Shown: piece after piece, positions 34,855-41,635 of the stretch
Numbering within the stretch: position 1 is the stretch's first letter
Layout of the letters: every line of letters starts with the position of its first letter
Source of the DNA: an uncultured Gammaproteobacteria bacterium
GTDB taxonomy: Bacteria > Patescibacteriota > Patescibacteriia > UBA2591 > UBA6264
Length of the DNA stretch: 43,206 bases
Reading direction: 5' to 3'
Assembly: GCA_964566895.1 (NCBI GenBank)
Contig: CAZMJP010000003.1
Coordinates: 1 to 43,206, forward strand
Notes under the pieces: generated by a model
What the model was told of the DNA's origin: nothing
Database searches by the model: none
The model's input: the letters and a program-made list of their open reading frames with translations, nothing else
Program-made: the position numbers and the translations under genes

Positions 34855-35595
34855 TTATGTTTCAAAAATGACTTTCATAAAGAGAATTAATACAATGCCG
34901 ATAATAAAAGAAATAAAATGGATTACATTTCTCTTTAAATCATGGTGGTCCTTTATTTCCGGAACCAAATCAGAGGCAGCGATGTAAATGAAATTGCCGG
35001 CGGCAAAAGAAAGCAAAAATGTAATATCAATCTCATGAGAAACGAAATAAACTAAAAGTCCTCCGGGAATAATGGCCAGGGCGGAAATGAAATTAACCAG
35101 TAAAGCCCTATATTTTCCCCAACCTCCATGAACCAAGATGCCAAAATCTCCTATTTCTTGAGGAATTTCATGGGCTAAACAAATCAACCAAGTGACTATT
35201 CCCACTTTTACGTCAACTAAAAAAGAACCGGCGATAATTAATCCGTCAATAAAATTGTGGATGCCGTCAGATAAAAGTATTAAATAGGTAACGGGTTTTT
35301 TATGCTCGGAAGGAACCCGATGACAGTGATGCCAGTGTAAAAATTGCTCCATTAAAAAGAAAATTGAAAATCCAACCAAAACCCAAACAAAAACATTTAA
35401 AGACGTTTTTTTCTCCAGGGCTTCGGGAATTAAGTGTAAAAAAGCGCCGCCAATTAACGAACCGGCGGAAAAAGCCACTAAAGGAAGAAGTAATTTTTTA
35501 AGAATTTCTTCTTTAAAAATCAAAGTAATTGCTCCTGTCCAGGCGGCCAAGCTTACGACAAAAGCGGAAATGATAATCCAAATTAGAATATTCAT
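34855..35595 (-). CDS. zupT: ZIP family divalent-metal transporter (ZupT-like)
   Basis: HNFIDGLIIAGSF and HEIPQEIGDFGIL are signature helices. The protein has about 8 TM segments. Confidence 0.88.
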   Translation of the reverse strand: MNILIWIIISAFVVSLAAWTGAITLIFKEEILKKLLLPLVAFSAGSLIGGAFLHLIPEALEKKTSLNVFVWVLVGFSIFFLMEQFLHWHHCHRVPSEHKKPVTYLILLSDGIHNFIDGLIIAGSFLVDVKVGIVTWLICLAHEIPQEIGDFGILVHGGWGKYRALLVNFISALAIIPGGLLVYFVSHEIDITFLLSFAAGNFIYIAASDLVPEIKDHHDLKRNVIHFISFIIGIVLILFMKVIFET

Positions 35596-35603
35596 AAGGA
35601 ATA

Positions 35604-35632
35604 ATTATAACATAAATATACAAAATAACCAA
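35604..35632 (-). promoter_or_regulatory. Promoter for the ZIP gene, implying a (near-)leaderless mRNA
   Basis: On the minus strand it reads TTGGTT-17 nt-TATAAT. The -10 box ends only 8 nt before the ATG, and there is no SD sequence. Confidence 0.5.
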
Positions 35633-35639
35633 TAATCTC

Positions 35640-35668
35640 TTGACCTTTTATTTTAAAATTATTATACT
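35640..35668 (+). promoter_or_regulatory. Strong plus-strand sigma70 promoter driving the orphan RNA
   Basis: It reads TTGACC (35640-35645), 17 nt, TATACT (35663-35668). Confidence 0.65.
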
Positions 35669-35674
35669 GACGTT

Positions 35675-35827
35675 TAAGGAGGTTTAATCTGGCGCTAAGC
35701 AAAACAGACCGCCCGGTCTGTCTCCCTGAACACCCCCGTTCAGGCCACATAATATCCCTCATATCTCATAGATTGCTTGGCGCCAAAATACAAAGGGACT
35801 CTTACTTAAGAGCCCCTTTCTCTTTTT
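35675..35827 (+). ncRNA. Candidate structured small RNA (~150 nt), family not recognised
   Basis: A promoter lies upstream. A 12-bp long-range helix pairs 35691-35702 with 35773-35784 (one G-U pair). It encloses two hairpins, 35705-35720 (6 bp, GCCC loop) and 35725-35744 (7 bp). An intrinsic terminator closes the unit, and there is no canonical start codon. Confidence 0.55.
35794..35827. terminator. Bidirectional intrinsic terminator (ends the orphan RNA on + and the Trx-FTR gene on -)
   Basis: The stem pairs AGGGACTCTT with AAGAGCCCCT (one mismatch). T-tracts lie on both sides: TTTCTCTTTTT on the plus strand and TTTGTATTTT on the minus strand. Confidence 0.65.
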
Positions 35828-35901
35828 CAATAAATTTTTCAAATTAGTTAAATTTTTTGTTTCAATCGCCCACATCTCAAATGGCAATCTTTATGAAAAT
35901 A

Positions 35902-36501
35902 TTATTTATAAAATAATCCGCAAAAACAATGGCCGTCTTTTTCAATTTCTTCTTTGTGCCATTGGCAAGGACAAATTTTAGGTCTGTCTTCTTCTAAACC
36001 GCCGCTTACTCTTCGACAAGGACAATATCTGGCTCCGTATTTCTTTTCGTTCTCCAATAGTCCCTTAATTAATCTTTCTACGGCTTCCCTGTCAGGATTT
36101 AATTTAAACCCGTTTTTTTCAGCGTAATCTTGATAATTTTTTATCAACTCTACCATCTCGGCTGGGATTTCCGTCTTTAAACCGCCGCTCAGCGCTTCAT
36201 CTAAAAACTCTTTTATCACTGGTTCGGCTCTTACTCCGATGAATTCGCTGACCGGCTTTCCCTCTTTAAACAAAATAACGGTGGGAATTCTCTCAATCCC
36301 GTATTGTCGAGAGACTTGAGGAGCGACATCTAAATTGACCTTGGCAAGAGTAAATTTATCATTATATTCTTCAGCTACCTTTTCCAAAATCGGGCCCAAG
36401 ACAAAACAAGGCGCGCACCATTCCGCCCAAAAGTCAACCAAAACTGGTTTTTGGCTATTTTGAATAGTCTCCTCAAAATTTTGGTCAGTTAGTTCCAACA
36501 T
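35902..36501 (-). CDS. Thioredoxin fused to a ferredoxin:thioredoxin reductase catalytic-subunit-like domain
   Basis: The N-terminus is a Trx fold with a WCAPC active site. The C-terminus has ..YGARYCPCRRV..KICPCQWHKEEIEKDGHCFCGLF, the CPC..CPC..C-x-C cluster pattern of FTR catalytic chains. Confidence 0.8.
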   Translation of the reverse strand: MLELTDQNFEETIQNSQKPVLVDFWAEWCAPCFVLGPILEKVAEEYNDKFTLAKVNLDVAPQVSRQYGIERIPTVILFKEGKPVSEFIGVRAEPVIKEFLDEALSGGLKTEIPAEMVELIKNYQDYAEKNGFKLNPDREAVERLIKGLLENEKKYGARYCPCRRVSGGLEEDRPKICPCQWHKEEIEKDGHCFCGLFYK

Positions 36502-36510
36502 AACTTTAGT

Positions 36511-36539
36511 ATAATACCTTCTTCCTTATTTTAACCCAA
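36511..36539 (-). promoter_or_regulatory. Promoter for the Trx-FTR gene, implying a (near-)leaderless mRNA
   Basis: On the minus strand it reads TTGGGT-17 nt-TATTAT. The -10 box ends 9 nt before the ATG, and there is no SD sequence. Confidence 0.45.
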
Positions 36540-36633
36540 CCTAACTCATTTTCTTTAGGCTTTCCGTCAATAAATTCTTGCAAAGAGCGCCATTTTCTGG
36601 GGACAGTCCCCTTTTCAGTCCTTGTCACGTTTT

Positions 36634-36653
36634 GGGAATTTAGTTCCCAAACT
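36634..36653. repeat. Left copy of a 20-bp direct repeat flanking the Bro-N gene (GGGAATTTAGTTCCCAAACT)
   Basis: It matches 37533-37552 at 17 of 20 positions. It contains an internal inverted repeat, GGGAA..TTCCC. Confidence 0.8.
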
Positions 36654-36677
36654 CTACTAATAAAAACTTGGATATCC

Positions 36678-37499
36678 TTATTTCAATTTCTTTCGGTTTT
36701 CTGGTTTCTTTAGATAATTTTCTCTTGAAACAATTGAACGCCTTAGCCGTTTTTCTAAATTTTTTCTTGCGCCGCCGGCAATATCTCCGCCAGTTTTGGC
36801 ATCCGATCTTAATTTGGGCATGCCTTGTGAATCTTCATTGCGATGAATTTCAGTAGTAGCTCTTTCTCCTAACATAGTAAATATCAATTCCAGGTCATTC
36901 ATATGGTCGCGCAAATTTTCTCTTTTCAATCTCTTTAATTTCTTATATTCCAACGGTGTTATCCCAAAAGTAGCCTTTGAAATTTCCGCGGTTAAAATTT
37001 CATAATCCCTTTGCTCCTTTGCGCCTCTTTTTTGCCACTCATCCGTCAATTCTTCACGAATGGTAATTCCGCGCATTCTTTTTTCAATCCAATTATCAGA
37101 ATAACCTTTGAGTTTATAAAGAATTCTGGTTCGTTTAGTTGCTAATTCTGGATTTTCAATTTCCTGCACCCTCTCATAGCCAACCTTTGCCAACCAACGT
37201 TTAAATGGCTCAGCTTTGGGAGAAGGAATTGATTGAATTATGCGAAAAATACCCTCTGTATTAGCGCAAAGCATTTTTTGTTTTCCCCCTTCTGTCAACA
37301 CTTCAAGGGTATGTACAATTTGTACCCACCCTTTAGATAGCTCTGTATCCCGCTGTTTCATGCGCTGAATATACTGTTTAGGATCATTTGAATCAATCAA
37401 CGCCAAAACTACATCTTCTACCACAAACCACCATTCATTTTGGTAAATAATTTTTCTAATTTTTCTGCCTTTAAATAAGGCTATTTTTGTAGTTTGCAT
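36678..37499 (-). CDS. Bro-N domain protein with a DinD-like C-terminal region
   Basis: The N-terminus (..IRKIIYQNEWWFVVEDVVLALI.. ..GGKQKMLCANTEGIFRIIQSIPSPKAEPFKRWLAKV) fits the BRO-N pattern. The C-terminus (..RDHMNDLELIFTMLGERATTEI..) resembles DNA-damage-inducible protein D. Confidence 0.75.
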   Translation of the reverse strand: MQTTKIALFKGRKIRKIIYQNEWWFVVEDVVLALIDSNDPKQYIQRMKQRDTELSKGWVQIVHTLEVLTEGGKQKMLCANTEGIFRIIQSIPSPKAEPFKRWLAKVGYERVQEIENPELATKRTRILYKLKGYSDNWIEKRMRGITIREELTDEWQKRGAKEQRDYEILTAEISKATFGITPLEYKKLKRLKRENLRDHMNDLELIFTMLGERATTEIHRNEDSQGMPKLRSDAKTGGDIAGGARKNLEKRLRRSIVSRENYLKKPENRKKLK

Positions 37500-37532
37500 A
37501 TTTTTTACCTCATAAAAATTTTAAAAATATTT

Positions 37533-37552
37533 AGGAACTAAGTTCCCAAACT
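37533..37552. repeat. Right copy of the 20-bp direct repeat (AGGAACTAAGTTCCCAAACT)
   Basis: See 36634-36653. Its internal inverted repeat is GGAAC..GTTCC. Confidence 0.8.
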
Positions 37553-37606
37553 ATTTATTTGCAGGGGCCGACCCTGTCACATTCTGTCAATTCCGCCGCC
37601 GAATTT

Positions 37607-37629
37607 CGTGCCCCGCTTTGCGGGGCACG
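37607..37629 (-). terminator. GC-rich hairpin just after res (possible terminator or processing site)
   Basis: CGTGCCCCGC-TTT-GCGGGGCACG forms a 10-bp stem that starts 11 nt past the res stop codon. There is no clear U-tract on the minus strand. Confidence 0.4.
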
Positions 37630-37639
37630 CCGCAAATTT

Positions 37640-40243
37640 TTAACCAAGGATTTTACTTTCTAACGCTTCTTCAAATTCTCTCTTCAACTGTTCATTATAA
37701 AATGGCAATCCGATTAACTTAAAGTTCGTATTTTCTAATTTAAAATCTGTATCCGCTTTAGTTTCCAATTCCAGCAAAAACTTTTGCTTCCAACCCTCTT
37801 TAGAATCTTCAAACTTACCCTTTCTATCTTTAAATTGATTTCCTTTTGGTTCAATGAAAATTTGATAAATACTTACGACATGATTTCTTCTTTTCAAGAG
37901 CATAATAAAGTCCGGCTCAAAAACCCCTCCGTCTTCAAAGCCGAAAACCTGAAAAAATTTTTCGTTGCGCAATAAAGCGATATCTGAATATTTTTGTCTT
38001 AATTTTTCTATAAACCCGTCAATAAAACTGATGAAGTTTTGCTCTTCGTCGGTACCATAAAATTCTGTCTGTGCGTACCAATCTCTATCTGCCAAATTAA
38101 CATCTTCCAATTTTTTACTATCTACTTCATCCTTATCGATCTTAATTTTCTTGTCGTAAAAAACTTCTTTCAGCATTTTCGCCTTAAACAAATTAGTTCC
38201 CACAAAATCCGCTGTTTTCGTTCTTGCCTGTTCAGATATGGTTTTAATAACAAACAAAGCCGATTCGATTTTTTCTTGCGCCGTCAATCCATTAACTTTT
38301 CCTTTCGGTCCGGAAATCTCAATATCAATTCCGCCTAAGTATTCCAGCGATGTTATAAATTCACGTACCGATTTTATGTGTGGAAAATATTTTTTGAGAT
38401 TATCAAATTTAAAGAATTCAATTTTATCCAAAGCTCCTCTTAATATATTCTCTCCGAAATCAGAAAATTTAAATGTTTTCCTTACCGTTCCGTTTGTTTT
38501 GTTTTTTCCGCTGGCTTCGCCTTCGTCTAGAATGGCGATTTCCGTTAATTCCCCGGTTTTTAATCGCCATTTATAATTTGTCTCAATTTTGGCATTTGCC
38601 AAACTAAATATCTCTTCTCGCTGATTTTCCACCCGATCATTTATAAACACTACGCCCTTTTTCCAAAATTCGGTCTTTTTGAATTCCGGCTTGATGAACA
38701 AACTCACCTGAACGTGCTTTTCCGGTATAATTCCGAGTTCTGTTAGCGTACTCTTAATTTCCTCAATATATTTCGGATTGTGGGCACTATGATAATGCAG
38801 CGTTTCCACAATCCGAAGTTCGTTTTCAACGTCTTCGTCAAATTTTCTTTTGTATTTATCTTCTGCATCGTTCAGCCGAAAAGGAAAATATCGCGCTCCT
38901 CGACCAATAAGCTGGGCTTCGCCCATTGTGGTATTGCCGGGCTTATATTTTCCGCGAACCCAGCTGCCGTCTCGTGTATCATACAACCGGACAATATCAA
39001 ATAAGTTCAGCACGTCCCAGCCCTCATTTAACATATTCACGGCAAAAATCGCTCTTATTTCATTATTTTTATCTTCCAAGGAATTTAACTTTAATTGTCT
39101 TTCCTCATCAATGTTTTCAGAGTCCAAAAGCATGCATTTTTCTTCCGCAAAATCTTCTCGTAATTCTTGAATAAGATTTTCAAAACTTATGCCGGATTTC
39201 GCCAAATAAGCAAAAACTTTCTCGAGGGTTGTTCCTTTAGCTCTCGCGGCTATCGTTTCAAAATCGCGAGCTGATATGTTCTTTATCTTTTCCAAAAACG
39301 CGGAGTAATTTTCTCCCGACTCTTTAATTGTTTTTGATTTAAAAAGCAAAACCGGCTTTAGATGTAATTTATGCTTTTCCGCGATTTTGCGACGATATTG
39401 ACTTAAAACCGCTGCTTGCAGAGCGCGGTCCACCGGCTCCAAATCCGCTTCCAAAACTTCAATTTCCTTTGAATATTTATCTAGCCGGAAATGCTTTAAA
39501 TCATACTGATAAATAATTTTGTCTTCGTATTTTTTGCGGATATCTTCGTTGCCTAAATCTATCGTGGCGGTAAATTCCAGCAAAATATTTTTCGGATTTT
39601 TCCCGAAAATCTTTTTCAAAACCGTGTATTCCCAAGTCTTTTCCAATTCTTCCTCTTTTTTATTCTTTGTTATTGCTTGTACATGATGGGCTTCGTCTGA
39701 TATAAGAACAATATCTTTTCCTTCAAATTCTTCTTCGGTTAAAGCATTTTCTTTTGGATTGTTTATGCGGATATGCAAAAGTGATGTAGTAGCAAAAAGA
39801 ATGTTTATATCTTCCGTACTTGCCGCTTCAAAATTATTAACTTCTTTTACAAAAACTTCTTTTTCTCCAAATTTGATTTTGGGCGCGAATAAATATTTTT
39901 CCGAAAGCGGATTTAAAAAATTGTCTTTTGTTTTTTCAATAATGTTTGTGCTATTTACGAAAAAAATGAAATTCCGGTAGCCCTGCTTATAAAGTTGTAA
40001 AATGTTAGCGGCCATAATAAGAGTTTTGCCGCTACCGGTTGCCATATGAAAAAGCATCTGCGCCGGAAATTTTCTTTGTTGATAACCGCCAAAATAAAAA
40101 TCAAAGCGCCCAATCGCTTCCTTTTGGTATTCTCGCAACTCAAATTTTGGATTCAAATTTTGGACTACTTCGCCATCAAGCCGAGAAGTAAAAAAATCCT
40201 GTCCGAACGATTCTTTGTTGGCGTTAAAGGTTTTGTAAAGCAT
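37640..40243 (-). CDS. res: Type III restriction endonuclease Res subunit (SF2 helicase plus C-terminal PD-(D/E)xK nuclease)
   Basis: Motif I is MATGSGKTLIMA and motif II is LISDEAHHV. The C-terminal nuclease motif is ..FEPDFIMLL..IFIEPKG. The 867-aa length is typical of Res. Confidence 0.88.
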   Translation of the reverse strand: MLYKTFNANKESFGQDFFTSRLDGEVVQNLNPKFELREYQKEAIGRFDFYFGGYQQRKFPAQMLFHMATGSGKTLIMAANILQLYKQGYRNFIFFVNSTNIIEKTKDNFLNPLSEKYLFAPKIKFGEKEVFVKEVNNFEAASTEDINILFATTSLLHIRINNPKENALTEEEFEGKDIVLISDEAHHVQAITKNKKEEELEKTWEYTVLKKIFGKNPKNILLEFTATIDLGNEDIRKKYEDKIIYQYDLKHFRLDKYSKEIEVLEADLEPVDRALQAAVLSQYRRKIAEKHKLHLKPVLLFKSKTIKESGENYSAFLEKIKNISARDFETIAARAKGTTLEKVFAYLAKSGISFENLIQELREDFAEEKCMLLDSENIDEERQLKLNSLEDKNNEIRAIFAVNMLNEGWDVLNLFDIVRLYDTRDGSWVRGKYKPGNTTMGEAQLIGRGARYFPFRLNDAEDKYKRKFDEDVENELRIVETLHYHSAHNPKYIEEIKSTLTELGIIPEKHVQVSLFIKPEFKKTEFWKKGVVFINDRVENQREEIFSLANAKIETNYKWRLKTGELTEIAILDEGEASGKNKTNGTVRKTFKFSDFGENILRGALDKIEFFKFDNLKKYFPHIKSVREFITSLEYLGGIDIEISGPKGKVNGLTAQEKIESALFVIKTISEQARTKTADFVGTNLFKAKMLKEVFYDKKIKIDKDEVDSKKLEDVNLADRDWYAQTEFYGTDEEQNFISFIDGFIEKLRQKYSDIALLRNEKFFQVFGFEDGGVFEPDFIMLLKRRNHVVSIYQIFIEPKGNQFKDRKGKFEDSKEGWKQKFLLELETKADTDFKLENTNFKLIGLPFYNEQLKREFEEALESKILG

Positions 40244-40244
40244 A

Positions 40245-41000
40245 TCAGGTAATTTGCCTGTTTATCTCCGCTCCCAGCGCGCGTTGAAAATCGCGTATGA
40301 TTGCTTGTTGGTCGGCTGGTAGAAAGGCGCTGAGTTCGCCACGGAAATCGATAACTCTTGCATCTGCAATAATCATATCTTTTATTTCTTTCAACCGTTT
40401 TTTATGCTCGCCGGAGAGCATATTTTTGCGCATTATAAAGTATAAGTCATAAAAATCGCGCGGTTTTTTACGCTCTAAAAGCGCACCGAAGATTTTTTCT
40501 TCTACTAATTCGTTCTGCGGCAAATGTAAAAGGGTGTACGTCGGTACAAAATCGTTCGCCACACTATCCACCTCTTCCACTATTTTTCTGCCGTCTCTCG
40601 ACGAAATGTTTATCTCCATCCCGACAGGTTGAAAGTCTAAAATCGTAAAAGTTGCAACGCCGAAATAGCCACCGCTTGTCTGGTTGGATTTTTCACCAAC
40701 TTCCACTTTTATTCCCGTCCATTCAATTTCCGCGAGCACGCGCAGAAATAAATCTTCAACAAACTTTTTAATTTCACGATCATCAACTTTAAACGCCGAA
40801 AAATCAAGATCTTCAGAAAAACGCGGGCTGCCATAAATAATGCGCAACGCCGTGCCGCCCTTGAAAAGTAAATTATTAGCTGCGGGAAGTTTGTAAAGTT
40901 CGCTCAAAAACACGTGCTGAAAATACTCCCGCACGATATTGGGGAATATGCCGGTTTGATACCGTGTTGCCAATTTTTGCAATGTTTCTTTAGCAATCAT
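40245..41000 (-). CDS. abiEii: AbiEii/AbiGii-family nucleotidyltransferase toxin (type IV TA; DUF1814)
   Basis: LFKGGTALRIIYGSPRFSEDLDFS is the family's catalytic signature. The 4-nt ATGA overlap with the upstream antitoxin gene is typical. Confidence 0.88.
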   Translation of the reverse strand: MIAKETLQKLATRYQTGIFPNIVREYFQHVFLSELYKLPAANNLLFKGGTALRIIYGSPRFSEDLDFSAFKVDDREIKKFVEDLFLRVLAEIEWTGIKVEVGEKSNQTSGGYFGVATFTILDFQPVGMEINISSRDGRKIVEEVDSVANDFVPTYTLLHLPQNELVEEKIFGALLERKKPRDFYDLYFIMRKNMLSGEHKKRLKEIKDMIIADARVIDFRGELSAFLPADQQAIIRDFQRALGAEINRQIT

Positions 41001-41596
41001 TTGAGCGTAGTTTTTATGATGCTTGTTAATTTTTCATTGTGGAAAAGTGAAACGTAGCGTCCTGCTTTCGCTGGATTGATTTTTTCTTTATCAAACCGCG
41101 AAATTGGCTTAAGTCCGTCAAGGAGACGGAAATAATTGGTATCCACAAACGCCTTTTCGGCATCGGCAATTCTGAAACTTAAATTATCCTGTCGCGCCGT
41201 TTCATAACCGGTGAATGCCGCCTTTTTTATTTTTCGATACGAAAAAATTTTGCCGAGCTTTTCAAATCGCCGCGTGGCTTTGGGCGTCACGGAAGTTATT
41301 TCATATACCGTCTCCGGTATGACGCGGTGATACGAAAGCGCGAATTCACGGGAAACATATGACGGTTCGTAAAGTTTATTGGCTAAGAATAATTCCGACG
41401 GCTCAGTATCGGCTAAAGCGTAAAGACCGCGCTTAAGTCGGAGTATAAAATGTTGTTGCGCGTAGCGGTGAAGCAATTTTGAAACTGCCGTTTCCGAAAG
41501 CCCGAAAAGCGCCCGAACATCGCGCGCGGTAAAAACAGGGAGTTTTTTCTCCTTTATTCTAGCGGCGAATTTTGTCTGGTTCACTAATTTGACCAT
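40997..41596 (-). CDS. abiEi: AbiEi-family antitoxin/transcriptional regulator
   Basis: The N-terminal wHTH (..FTARDVRALFGLSETAVSKLLHRYAQQHFILRLKRGLYAL) is AbiEi_4-like. It is paired with abiEii. Confidence 0.85.
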   Translation of the reverse strand: MVKLVNQTKFAARIKEKKLPVFTARDVRALFGLSETAVSKLLHRYAQQHFILRLKRGLYALADTEPSELFLANKLYEPSYVSREFALSYHRVIPETVYEITSVTPKATRRFEKLGKIFSYRKIKKAAFTGYETARQDNLSFRIADAEKAFVDTNYFRLLDGLKPISRFDKEKINPAKAGRYVSLFHNEKLTSIIKTTLK

Positions 41597-41635
41597 ATTG
41601 TCATTTTACCGAATTAAAGTTAGGGTGTCAAATCT

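Noticed and set aside
35689-35847. A 52-codon open frame behind the AAGGAGG at the 5' end of the orphan RNA.
   Set aside because: It could only start at CTG; there is no ATG, GTG or TTG near the SD-like sequence. It also reads straight through the intrinsic terminator hairpin, and the peptide has no recognisable features. The extensive base-pairing favours a non-coding RNA. A non-canonical micro-ORF cannot be fully excluded.
36668-36856. Plus-strand 62-aa ORF overlapping the 3' end of the Bro-N gene.
   Set aside because: It is antisense to a gene with clear domain evidence, and it has no signals of its own.
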